Assembly (NCBI GenBank): GCA_951406725.2
Contig: OX597834.1
Span: 3,038,001 to 3,102,000, forward strand
Reading direction: 5' to 3'
Source of the DNA: Octopus vulgaris
Lineage: Eukaryota
Length of the DNA: 64,000 nucleotides
In this document: positions 27,290 to 40,311 of the stretch, one piece after another
Layout of the letters: each line of letters begins with the position of its first letter
Numbering within the stretch: position 1 is the stretch's first letter
The notes under the pieces: model-generated
Database searches by the model: none
What the model saw: the letters and a program-made list of their open reading frames with translations, nothing else
Told to the model about the DNA's origin: nothing
Made by a program: the position numbers and the translations under genes

Positions 27290-27309
27290 ATATTATCTAA
27301 TAAATACTA

Positions 27310-27490
27310 AGCGGTGAGCAAGCAGAACCGTTAGACGCCAGAAAAATGCTTAGCGTCATTTCGTCCCTTTTTATGCTCTGAGTTCAAATTCCCACGAGGT
27401 CGACTTTGCCTTTCATCCTCTCAAGGTCGATAAATTAAATACCAGTTGAGCACTGCGGAGTCGACACAATCGGCTTACCCCTCCCTTAAG
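27310..27490 (+). mobile_element. SINE (GCCTTTCATCC-core family)
   Basis: Homologous to the 61209 and 62919 copies. Confidence 0.8.
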
Positions 27491-28084
27491 TACTAAAATT
27501 TTAAACCGTTATCTAATGCATGTGTCGTCTATTGTTTGTGCGTAGGTGTACATACAATACATACATACATACATACATATATATATATATATACATATAT
27601 ATATATTATATTATATTATATTATATATATATATGTACGCATATATATATATATATATACATGTATGAATGAATGTATGCATGTATGTATGTATGTACGT
27701 ATGTATGTATGCATACATATATGTATGTATGTATGTATGTTCGTTCTAATTTTATATCCTTTGCGAAAACAAGGCAGCAGCAGCAGCGGCGGCAGCAGCA
27801 GCGGCAGCAGCCTGAAGAGTGAAAGCGTAGATGGTAATAAAAGAAGATGACAAAGGATAAAAGAAAGAAAGGTGTGAATAGAGAGGCAGATTGGAAGGAA
27901 TAACTGATGAAATATGGAATTTCTGCAGACAGGTTCCACTGCAGGAAAATATGGTGATGTGTGAAGTTGATTAGCAGACAGTGGAATGATTCTCTTTGAT
28001 GTTCCGTTGAAGAACAATGAAAGTCGAACGAATGTCCGAAGATTTTGGAACAATGACAATAATCGTCACTGAAGGAATAATCAA

Positions 28085-28550
<466 letters not shown>

Positions 28551-28741
28551 CGCTACTACTACTGCAATGATAACAACTACAACACAGGAATAACAATGTA
28601 ATAATGATGTTCGTCAGAACATTGATAACATCTATGATACGATCCACTCTGACATGGGGAAAATAGTCGTGATTATAGAAGTATATAATATGATAAGTGT
28701 GTGTGTGTAGGTATATGTAAGAGTGTGTATGTATATGTATA

Positions 28742-29088
28742 CAGTCTGCGGAGATATGGCTAAAATTTGCCTTGTTTATAATTATACCATATGTTACATA
28801 TTATATCATACCTTGATACTATGTGGACTAAGATCCCTGTTGACAGGCCGCTGTTATTTATAGAGTGTTAAGCACTTTCGATATGCAAATTAGGGAGTCC
28901 TTCATAGAGTAACTTCTGCATTTATTGAGTATATAAACAGTTTGGTTGCTTGTTTCTCTGGGGACTGTCAGAATGATGTGGATACCTCTGATGAGAACCC
29001 TATAAGGTTTGAAAATCGATTAAGGTTGTTCATTGTTTCTTTTCAGTCTGCAGAGAAATGGCTAAAATTTGCCCTGTTTATAATTGTT
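28742..29088 (+). mobile_element. Solo pseudo-LTR / retrozyme-like unit (302-bp period) containing a hammerhead
   Basis: ~44-bp direct repeat CAGTCTGC(G/A)GAGA(T/A)ATGGCTAAAATTTGCC(T/C)TGTTTATAATT at 28742 and 29044, enclosing the hammerhead at 28984. Confidence 0.7.
28984..29026 (+). ncRNA. Minimal type-I hammerhead ribozyme
   Basis: ACCT-CTGATGA-GAACC-CTATAA-GGTTT-GAAA-ATCGAT-TA-AGGT. Stem III palindrome ATCGAT, UUA triplet. Confidence 0.85.
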
Positions 29089-29291
29089 ATGTATGCATGC
29101 AGGTATATACAGAGGGAACAAAATGCAGGTGTATTAGTTTGGCGCTCGAGAAGAATGGAAAAGTCTTTGACGATTCGGGCCTTCGCTCTTCGTCAGAAAA
29201 GATTGAAAAGTAAAAAAAAAAACAGAGAGAGAAAAAAATGTGTTGTGATTAATGGTTTAACGATGAAATGACCGGGAGAAAGAGGCTGATA

Positions 29292-29784
<493 letters not shown>

Positions 29785-29789
29785 TTCAG

Positions 29790-31369
29790 TAATTGAGATT
29801 CAAGTGAATTCTAATGAATTCACATGAATATGGTCCTTAACTAGGGTGCACCGGAAATCTATATGGTGTTAACCATACGACAAGTGGGGTGATTACAAAT
29901 AGGAAAAAAGCAACAAGAATGGATTAAAATCTCGGTAGAATTGTTTCGTACGAGGACATCTTTAATAAGCTACAAAAAATGCAGTAAATATAGATGGCTC
30001 GTACTCGTCAGCCGAAAAAACATCTGAGATTCCCAAACATCAAAAGGGGTAGATACAAATGAGGGTGTGAGTTTAACTGCATTGAAGAAAGTTCGATTCA
30101 TGGAGATCCGATGAAAGGTCTTGAACTTGCAGAATTTGTGCATGTCCATATATAGCTCATAGTGAATTGTTAATCAAGTTATGTGAAGAAATTTTGGATA
30201 CAGTCATGCGAAATTTCTGAGAATCAGTAAACAAAGTGACTGTCATATCGTGTAGAGGAACAGATTGTTTTGAAATTTACAAGAATCAAAGATAAGTTCG
30301 ATTCCTGGAGATCCGATGAAAAGTCTTGAACTTACAGAATATGTGCATGTCCATATAGTTCCTAGAGAATTATTAATCAAGTTATGTGAAGAAAGTTTGG
30401 GTACAATCGTGCGAAATTTCAGGGAATCCGAGTGAGAGGCAAAATGACAATCTTATTCTGTAGAGGAACAGATTGTTATTGAAATTTACAAGAATTTATT
30501 TCTTTATTTATTAATGTTACTATTAATAGATTGTCAGGTTACAAACTACATTATCCATTTAGAAAAGAAGGTGAAATCACTAGTTACGTAAGTAAATTAT
30601 CTAATCATCCTCCAAATCGTTATTTAGAGCAGGATATAACCAAAAAATTACATTTATTGATATAGAAAACTTACAAACTCATAATAATTTAAATAATTTA
30701 AATAGCAATAACTACATAAACAACAAAAACGATCAAACCGAAAAGATACGTAGAGGTAGATTTAATACAACATCTAATCATAATGATAAGTACAAGGATA
30801 AATAAATAGACCATAACATAGATAGCCCTGATAAGACAACCTTAGATAAAATTAAGAAACATACAATTAGTAACGTAGACAACAATAATGACCAAGCCAG
30901 AAATGATAGTAGAAATAGATTTACAACGACAAAGTACCCTAATGATATTAAGAACATTAATAAAAAACATAGTAGTGAACACTTGTAATAAGGATAAAAT
31001 AAACTTGGATAAAACTAATAAACATGCAAATCAATAATAATAACATAAATAGGAATGATTATGTTAATAATAGGAATAATTCTTGTAAATTTCAATAACA
31101 ATCTGTTCCTCTACACGATATGACAGTCACTTTGCTTCTTACTCGGATTCTCAGAAATTTCGCATGACTGTATCCAAAATTTCTTCACATAACTTGATTA
31201 ACAATTCACTATGAGCCATCTATATTTACGGATCTCCATGAATCGAACTTTCTTCAATGCATTTTTTTGTATCTACCCCTTTTGATGTTTGGGAATCTTA
31301 TTAATTTACTGATGTCCTCGTACGAAACAATTGTACCGAGATTTTAATCCATTCTTGTTGCTTTTTTCC

Positions 31370-31371
<2 letters not shown>
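29790..31371. mobile_element. Penelope-like element remnant with inverted pseudo-LTRs
   Basis: 29900-30500 is inversely repeated at 31078-31371. The left arm has an internal ~208-bp tandem duplication. The centre (+) translates FINVTINRLSGYKLHYPFRKEGEITSYVSKLSNHPPN (PLE RT thumb SNHPP motif). Hammerhead in the left arm. Confidence 0.75.
29932..30015 (-). ncRNA. Type-I hammerhead ribozyme
   Basis: Minus strand TCGG-CTGACGA-GTACGAG..CTCGTAC-GAAA-CAATTC-TA-CCGA. The partial inverted copy at 31317-31339 preserves the palindrome CAATTG. Confidence 0.8.
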
Positions 31372-31446
<75 letters not shown>

Positions 31447-32138
31447 GTGTGTGTGGAGGCGCAATGGCCTAGTGGTTATATATATACATATGATGGACTC
31501 TCCTGTCGAGGACACCGTATCAGCGTTCAGCTTTTGCCGAAAGACCTACATGTGTTTCTGCTGTACATTTGCTTACTCTCCCCTCCATGAAATCGACGTC
31601 GCCTGACGGGTGCACGGTGTACCACGTGTCAGGTGTTGAAGTCCTGGGAGAACAATGTGAGATGAAGGGTTTTGTTCAAGAACACAGCGTGTGTGTGTCT
31701 GTGTTTGGGTCTCTTCCTTCCTTCACACACGCCAGTCCTTCCAATGGACTGTCTCTGTTAACGAGTGGTATATTTAATCTCTCCCGACCGCACCAGTTTC
31801 ACGATACCGCCTGGTTATTGGGTCATTGGGTACATTTAGTAGAATCCATTCTGCTGCTAATATTCAGGCCAGATATCATTTTTTCCTTCTACCTACCATT
31901 CTGAGGGACCCTGGAAATAGTTGTTACCGTTGCCAAACAATTCTCAAAACAATTCTAAAATACAGACAGCGAAAGGAAACGAAAGATAATTCTGTCATCC
32001 GCCATTTTGTTAAAGTGTGTGATATTAATCGTCTGGGGCCATTTGAGGTCCTCTTCAATTACACTTGTTTTAAATAATTTGATGTTGTAAACAACCCTGG
32101 GGACAACATTACGCATCCGTCCATCAATCCACAAAGAC

Positions 32139-32179
<41 letters not shown>

Positions 32180-32481
32180 GGGAAAGAAAGGCAGAGAGGG
32201 GTGGACAAAGATGAGAGACAGTGAGATAAAAGAAATGAGAAATACAAAGGACCATATATATATATACATACATACACACGCACGCACGCACGCGCACACA
32301 AATACACACATACATACATGTACATATATGGAGATATTTGTGTATATATGTATATGAATATATATATAAATATACTCTATAAATGTAATTTATATATGAT
32401 TGTGTATGTGTAATGTATATATGTATCCGTATATTCATATATGTACATGCATTTATATATATTTATATGTACATGAATATG

Positions 32482-32537
<56 letters not shown>

Positions 32538-33408
32538 GTGCAACACAGACAGGGAGGAGAAGAAACAAGCAGGGAGAGACATAGAAAGAAAAAAGTAGTT
32601 GTTAAACAAAATGGATTCTCAAACTCTTAATGACGTAAACGAAAAAAAGACGAGTTGAAAAGATTGAACACTGAACTAAATACACAAATAAGTGAACAAA
32701 TAAATATACAAATATGAATATAGAGAAAAACAAATCTATAATATCATTAGAAAAAAATATATATGTTTTATATGATGGACATACTTGCAAAAAAAATCTT
32801 TGTTTCATGCGTAAATCATGTTTGACTTATATTTTTTTGATCGTCTGCTCTTTGTGAGAACTTTGATCGTTGTGTTTTTAGTGGAAAGATTAATTAAACA
32901 GAGAGAAAGTTGAGAGGGAATTACTAGAGCAAGGCTGACCAGTCTGTGGAGATTTTAGTTCTTTGTAACAATCCACCAGCACAGAATTTGTTGTGCTTTA
33001 TTGTCTTATGTTTTCGTTATTTTATTCCTTCGTCTCTCGTATATTCCTGTTAAAATCCCACCACTTTTGTCGTAATAATATTGGCGTAGAGGCTTTTAAT
33101 GAGAATATTTCCATATAAAATGTTCAATATAGGGGGGGGAGGACGCTGACATCCGTTCAATAGTGAATAGGAAATTTATGGAAAGAACGGTCGGATGTAT
33201 ATATGTGATTGCATGTGTATGAGTGTATGTATATATGTATTTGTGTGTGTGTGTGTATGTCTAAGGCTTTGTGCACACACATATTTACCAATATTGTATG
33301 TTGTATATTTCATACATATATATCTGTGTGTGTGTGCATTACACTTTGTATATTTATATGTATATATGTATATATGTGTTTTATGTATGTAATAGCTATG
33401 TACATTTA

Positions 33409-33477
<69 letters not shown>

Positions 33478-33522
33478 TTCATTTATATGCGTATATATGC
33501 ATTAAATATATACATGTATACA

Positions 33523-34350
33523 TCTATATAAATATATGTAGGCATCTGAAACTACTAGCGACCGTTCTACCCGACTTGCAAGGGCCGCAGCGTACAGACC
33601 TTTCCTCCGCTCGAGGCTGACGAAAGAGCAACAGTCCAGCCAAAACATGCGGGCTTCTTCCTGTGCTTCCATCCGCAGAGCTCGCGAGAACCCCGAACAA
33701 AGGGCCATTCGGAATGCGGCTAACGCCGCTAGCACCGCCGGGACACGATCTGTCGAAACCCCACAGCAGAGTAGAGCTCGCCAAGCTGCTAACGCCGCAA
33801 ACACAGCCATGGCTCGATCTGCCGAAACTCCAGACCAACGAACTATTCGGACATCCAGAGATGCCATTAACACTACTTCTGCTAGGGCTTCAGAGAATGC
33901 TGAGGCTAGAGCTGAAATGCTTTCAAGGGATGCCACTGCTACCGCTGACGCACGCGCATCTCAATCTGCTGAGGCACGGCGCACTCGACTTGAGAGTATC
34001 AACCAACGTCGGGATATCATTCAGTTGGGGTGTCAAAAGGGCCGGCATGTGCAACCTTATCAACTCTTATCACCTCTGCCTGTCAAACTCCCAACCCATG
34101 CGTTCCCATCGCGACACTGATCCCGCAGAACTGGGTTGGGTTTGCTAAACAAAACCAGAAAATGCACTTTGACTGTCATAGATTTTCTTCATGCATGCAA
34201 GGGAACGGTGCCTTGAATGCCTGAATGCCTTTTAGGCTTCATTTTATAAAATAACGGTTCAATGAGTACAAAAAAGGGTAAAAAGGTAAAGGGCATTGCT
34301 TATCGACAAAGTTTCTTACATACCAGGGCAACGCCGGGCTATGCTGCTAG
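33523..34350 (+). mobile_element. Internally deleted Helitron retaining STPR-type 23-aa repeats
   Basis: A|TCTATATAAATA start, 3' end CCAGGGCAACGCCGGGCTATGCTGCTAG|T; internal frame 33542-34010 has seven 23-aa repeats. Confidence 0.8.
33542..34120 (+). pseudogene. STPR-like (23-aa repeat) fragment of a Helitron Rep/helicase N-terminus
   Basis: ASETTSDRSTRLARAAAYRPFLR / SRLTKEQQSSQNMRASSCASIRR / ARENPEQRAIRNAANAASTAGTR / SVETPQQSRARQAANAANTAMAR / SAETPDQRTIRTSRDAINTTSAR / ASENAEARAEMLSRDATATADAR / ASQSAEARRTRLESINQRR. Confidence 0.7.
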
Positions 34351-34374
34351 TATAATATATATATATGTATATTA

Positions 34375-34682
34375 TTATTGCTTATTTAGCTTGGGTTCGA
34401 ATTTATCAATAAAATTCTTTTCTCTGATTTTCCTCTCGATTTCACTTGGGCTATGTAATTTGTAGAATGGAAATATTATATATATTTTCCGACCACATGT
34501 TGCTAGGTGGTTACTCAAAGGTATCTGACGGACCTCTGGGTCTCTAATCTGTTGTCGGTGTACACGTGAGCGTTCTGATAGTGCACTTCCCGTCTGACCT
34601 ACATATATTTCTTCACAATTTGGGCATTTGATGCAGTAAATTAAATTTCTGCTTTTGCAGTTCATATTCGCGTTTGTGAATA
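34375..34682 (-). pseudogene. Penelope-like GIY-YIG endonuclease domain (uninterrupted fragment)
   Basis: NMNCKSRNLIYCIKCPNCEEIYVGQTGSALSERSRVHRQQI..LSNHL..REKNFIDKFEPKLN: LIY..YVGQT, conserved R, H, E and LN. Confidence 0.9.
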
Positions 34683-35036
34683 TCCACAAACGCGAATATG
34701 AACCCAAGCTAAATAAGCAATAATAATAATACTTAGAGGTACTACTTCTACTGCTACGACCATGACCACTAACAACAACAACAATACTAAAGGTGAACAA
34801 GATGAAGATAGCAGGAAAATTATCTTATTTGGGGTTAAAAGTTCTATTGCCACCACCATCACCACTAGCAACAATAATTAAGGTGCTGACAATGATGATG
34901 ATGACAATTGAAATATAAAAATCCCTGACAAAGGCTATTTACAACATTTCTAAAAATAGCCCAACAATTGCTGCCTCGGCCAGGGTTAAGATACGGTACT
35001 CTTGACATGTCCAACAAAGCGTGACGCCTAAATCAA

Positions 35037-35132
35037 CCAATCAGCTTAAGTAATTGAGTGATGTTACACACTGATTGGTCAGAATACTGTTTGCAAAACC
35101 TAGCAATCTGGAGCCTACACAGGTGTATTTAA
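35037..35132 (+). promoter_or_regulatory. Putative Pol II promoter in pseudo-LTR
   Basis: CCAAT 35037-35041, inverted CCAAT 35074-35078 and TATTTAA 35126-35132, about 65 bp upstream of the hammerhead. Confidence 0.4.
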
Positions 35133-35196
35133 GGCACAGATTTAACCAACTCGCTACAGTCAAAAATTGTGAAGCATGACTGTCACCACTACTACA

Positions 35197-35241
35197 TGAA
35201 CCTGAAGATTGCATAATTTAATGCATGAAAGTACTAGTTCA
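35197..35241 (+). ncRNA. Minimal type-I hammerhead ribozyme
   Basis: TGAAC-CTGAAGA-T-TGCAT-AATTTA-ATGCA-T-GAAA-GTAC-TA-GTTCA. 5-bp stem I, U.U closing pair, palindrome AGTACT, CUA triplet. Confidence 0.88.
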
Positions 35242-35365
35242 ATCAGAATGAACATTTAGCATTCTATTATTCTATTTTATTTTATTATATTATATTATAT
35301 TATATTATATCATTATAAGATTGTAAATAAAACGTGAAAATCAGACAAGGTTGGAATTCCTTTTA

Positions 35366-35407
<42 letters not shown>

Positions 35408-35729
35408 CATACATACATACATACATACATACATACATACATACATACATACATACATACATACATACATGCGTGTGGTGATTTATACTATATAAAGCAT
35501 ACACACGTTTCGGTAAATTCCAGTCAGGATTACATAATTGCCTGTTGAAACGTTATATAACCTTGAAAAAATATATCTTCAGTGTTTTAGGAAAAACATA
35601 CGATTGTGAATGCGAATTATTAACAAGATCGGTTGCACAATACCTAAGACAATAAAGGAACAGGTCGCATGCACAACACACACAGACACACACACTCACA
35701 CACTTGTACGTATCAACAAAATTGTGCAT

Positions 35730-36196
<467 letters not shown>

Positions 36197-36509
36197 ATCA
36201 CAGTCGCCGACCGTTTCTCTACTAAACCAAAGAATTTCTTTCCATTCCTTCGCTCTGTGTTTCTCTTAGTTTATACAAATATTGTAAAAGAATTTGATTA
36301 CAATGATTTCCTCTGATCATCAACCATTCCCATTTTGGTTACTTTTAGATATTTTTTTAGATATTTTTTCCACCGCAAAGAATAAAATATACTCCAATCG
36401 ATAACTGTTCAGATATTGCTTTTGGTTCTCAATTTCTGTCCGATTTCATATTTATATATCTACATACATACATATACATATATATATGTTTAAATATATA
36501 CACACATAC

Positions 36510-36641
<132 letters not shown>

Positions 36642-36711
36642 GTATATATATATATGTGTGTGTGTGTGTATATATAAATATATATATATGTATGTATATA
36701 TGAGTGTGTGC

Positions 36712-36746
<35 letters not shown>

Positions 36747-36877
36747 CATACAGATAGATATATATAGAGAGAAAGAGATATTAAACATATATATATATAT
36801 GTATATACATACATGTGTATATATGTATATATACATAAATATTTGTGTGTCTGTGTGTGTACGTTTATGTATATATG

Positions 36878-36908
<31 letters not shown>

Positions 36909-37584
36909 CTTATAACATTGTATTTTACCTTTTTTGCGTCCACTTAATTTTAAATTAAATTTAATTGAGAGAACAAAATTGTTGGAATAAAAATGGCAAA
37001 TTAAGGAATTTTTTGCGTTCCTTGAGGCATGGAATCTTGAAGAGAATAGGATATAAATGCGAAATACTTTGAAAAACCGAGCTCGATGGCTGGAACTAAG
37101 AGAAAGAAAACTGAACTTCGTTTTTTCTTTTTTTCTTATTCCTTTTTTTCAGTATGTTGCTGTCGTAATTTCTCTTTGGAATTCTTAGAAAAATATTGGA
37201 TTGGAATATTGATAGGACGAAATCAAGTCGCAAGGAAATACATTCAAACACTACTTCTTCAAGCAATGTAACGGAGAACGACAGAAAGGGAGACAACTCA
37301 TATGCACACATACAGCTACCCAACTCCACGACCACCATGACAAACATTGGCAGAGGAGGTAAAAAATATAAACAGGTACCTAAATGACGAACATAGAATC
37401 ATCGAAGGAAGGAAAGGAATTAAAGCTGATAAAAACGAGACAACAGAGTATTAGAAATCATAAAGCAGCCATAGAGTTAGTCAAAATCTTAAAGAGAAAA
37501 GTGCGACGACAGTGGACTCAATTCATAAATCCTGTGTGTATTACCTAAAAGGGTATCTGTGCACTTGGAGAATATCGGATATAC

Positions 37585-37819
37585 CTATTTCTTTACTGAC
37601 CACAAAGGGCTAAACACAGAGGGGGCAAACAAGGACAGACAAACGGATTAAGCCGATTATATCGACCCCAGTGCGTAACTAGTACTTATTTAATCGACCC
37701 CGAAAGGATGAAAGGCAAAGTCGACCTCGGCGGAATTTGAACTCAGAACGAAGCGGCAGACGAAATACGGCTACGCATTTCGCCCGGCGTGCTAACGTTT
37801 CTGCCAGCTCGCCGCCTTA
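37585..37819 (-). mobile_element. Full-length SINE (GCCTTTCATCC-core family) with 17-bp TSD
   Basis: Minus strand AAGGCGGCGAGCTGGCAGAAACGTTAGC..GAGTTCAAATTCC..TCTGTGTTTAGCCCTTTGTGGTCAGTAAAGAAATAG; TSD GAGAATATCGGATATAC at 37568-37584 and 37820-37836. Confidence 0.92.
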
Positions 37820-37857
37820 GAGAATATCGGATATACGGTCGTTATGTCGCTGCCGCT

Positions 37858-37992
37858 GCAGATCCATGTAAAGAACTGGGAAGAGCTGACTTCGCCAAAA
37901 GCTGAGTGGAGGAAGCGTTTAATTAAAAGTTGTAAAACTTTTGAAGAGAGTCGCCTTAAGCACGAAAGCCTAAAGCGCTGGCTTCGGAGGGG
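37858..37992 (+). pseudogene. Old RTE LINE C-terminal relic
   Basis: QIHVKNWEELTSPKAEWRKRLIKSCKTFEESRLKHESLKRWLRR fits the RTE WE..WR..FE..R..KR pattern. Confidence 0.55.
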
Positions 37993-38699
37993 CTGTCATC
38001 AGGGGCTGGAGGATTGAGGGAGAAAACACCTTTCAGAGCAACAAAAGCGGACGGGGTTTGTATGAACAGCAAAGACTAAAACAGTAGATCGAAGGGAGAC
38101 AAGGTGCAGATGACATGGTCCCTGTATGCACCGAGATATTTGTGAAAGGATATCGACAAATCAGACAAGATGTGCAACAACAACCACAATACAGTAGCGT
38201 AGTTAAGGTTGGTGAGGAAGCGGTCCGACCCGGGTGACACTTTAATAAGGGCGGCACTTATGGGGTTTGCTGTATAAGCTTGTATAAGAGGCGGCTAACT
38301 CAGGGGCTGTCACGACAGCACACTCTCTACCTCCACCACTACGACAACAACAATTTGCACATGTGGCTCAGAAGATAGTTTAGCAACTGGCCGGGATTCA
38401 ACGGGCATAGATCGATTACATCATTGCAAAAGGACATCTACGTCAACACGTAAATCTACATCACACAACTCTGCTACGTCATCACATATTTCTGTTAACA
38501 TCATGATGCAATTCTATTACCTCATTATCGCTAAAGGCCATCTACGTCATCACACACACGTCTACTACGTAATCACACAAAATTATTACGTTACAAAAAT
38601 CCTTTACATCGTTATATAAGGCCTCTTCAACAAATAGACCCAGGATGGCCAGCAACCTCATCACTTGGCACGTAACACAATTTATATTAGTGAAATATA

Positions 38700-39300
38700 C
38701 AGTTGCGGCCAAAATGTTCAGAACGGCATTGTTTTCGTCAGAAAAGTAAGTATAAGTTTTTATCAAAGTTGTTTTATATTCTATAATTTTCACAGACAAT
38801 AAATACAATATTATTTGTTATTGTATGAGATTCTGGTGTAATTTGATAGGATAATACAAAAGTTATGGATGATTTAGTGATTTACTGCAAAACCCATGGC
38901 GGCCAAAATGATCAGAACGGTTGAAAAAATAACAAAATAATCAAAAATGACAGAGAATACTGGAATTATTTAATATTTAGTGTGAAGCCCTTTAGTTTCA
39001 ATCATACTTTGACATCTTCGACTGCATGAGGAAATTAAACTTTCAATTTATTGCTGGGTGATCTTATTCCATTCTTCCTGAAGGGCATTCCATAATTGCT
39101 CGGTTGTTTTAGCATTTCTGGCTTTCGAACGTTCTCCTAGAATATTCCACACATTTTCAATAGGATTGAGATCTGGGCTTTGAGCAGGCCAATCCATAAC
39201 AATAACCTTTTCAGCCTTGAGGAAGTTCATGACCACCTTAGCCTTGTGACATGGGGCATTGTCCTGCATGAATATGGGTGGTCGCTTAGTTGAATTTCTA
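38700..39300 (-). mobile_element. Tc1-family (DD34E) transposon, 3' portion with IR/DR end
   Basis: QDNAPCH..WPAQSPDLNPIENVW with 34 residues between D and E. One premature stop, then ..KGLHTKY*. End TA|CAGTTGCGGCCAAAATGTTCAGAACGG with an inner direct repeat at 38899-38920. Confidence 0.92.
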
Positions 39301-39589
39301 GAAAATTACATATAATAGAAATATAAAAAATAAAATCACGATAATATACCGATGATTAAGTAAATTGCAAAATAATAATAAAAACGTATATATTTGGTAT
39401 ATATTTGGTTTTTATTATTATTTATTGTTATTATTATTTATTATTATTTTGCAATTTACTTAATCATCGGTATATTATCGTGATTTTATTTTTTATATTT
39501 CTATTATATGTAATTTTCTTGTTCCTTTTGAATTGTCAAGCGACGTTGTGGGGACAAACAGACACACAAACATATACTATACACACACA

Positions 39590-39640
<51 letters not shown>

Positions 39641-39642
<2 letters not shown>

Positions 39643-39738
39643 GACGTGCTTCTTTCAGTTTCCGTCTACCAAATCCATTCACAAGGCTTTGGTCGGCTCG
39701 AGGCTATAGTAGAAGACACTTGCCCAAGGTGCCACGCA
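39641..39738 (-). mobile_element. SINE fragment (CORE-like family)
   Basis: Reverse complement of the 10920-11010 sequence. Confidence 0.75.
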
Positions 39739-39817
39739 CCTGGAAGACCCTATGTCTGGTAACAGGACTCTGCACCGTGCCACACAAGCAGGAGAACCCA
39801 CAAGGCCAACAATTTTG

Positions 39818-39994
39818 AGGAGGGGCTAAGTCGATTACATCGACCCCCAGTGCTCAACTGGTACTTATGTTATCGACCCCGAAGGTATGAAAGGCAAAGT
39901 CGACCTAGACGGAATTTGAACTCAGAACGTAAAGTTATACGAAATGCCGCGAAGCTCTTTGTCCGGCGTGCTAACGATTCTACCAGCTCGCCGC
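39818..39994 (-). mobile_element. SINE (GCCTTTCATCC-core family)
   Basis: Homologous to 37660-37819. Confidence 0.8.
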
Positions 39995-40257
39995 ATTACT
40001 ATGCCTGAGTATTAATCGATGTGATGGTCACAGCTGGAGCACATTTGATTATTGCTCATTGATCTGCAGGATCAGGAATGACACAGGGCGAAACAACAAC
40101 AAAATTCTTATAAAATGATATCAATAATTTTTATCGATTTTCTTTTCGATCATATTAAACTAATTAAGAACCTTAATGGATTGATAGATTAATCCACACT
40201 AATGAACTAATTTACACTGATAAACTGTACTGCCACCTGGGTTACTGTGACGTAGTT

Positions 40258-40311
<54 letters not shown>

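Larger units (their letters stand above)
34685..35350 (+). mobile_element. Inverted Penelope pseudo-LTR
   Basis: Starts with the reverse complement of the ORF end (34700-34728 = RC of 34370-34398); contains CCAAT boxes, a TATA-like motif and a hammerhead. Confidence 0.8.

Noticed and set aside
27812-27832. CTGAAGA-GT-GAAAGCGTA as a hammerhead
   Set aside because: No room for stem II and no stem I pairing.
27904-27955. CTGATGA...CTGCAG/CTGCAG-GAAA as a hammerhead
   Set aside because: Stem II is not adjacent to the core, and there is no NUH triplet or stem I.
31740-31935. Possible very old LINE fragments (also 26190-26470, 42520-42770, 10440-10520, 6590-6660)
   Set aside because: Only faint motif resemblance after multiple frameshifts; cannot be supported without a profile search.
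35505-35584. Minus-strand CTGAAGA...GAAACGTG as a hammerhead
   Set aside because: No convincing stem II and the triplet would be GUG, which is not cleavable.
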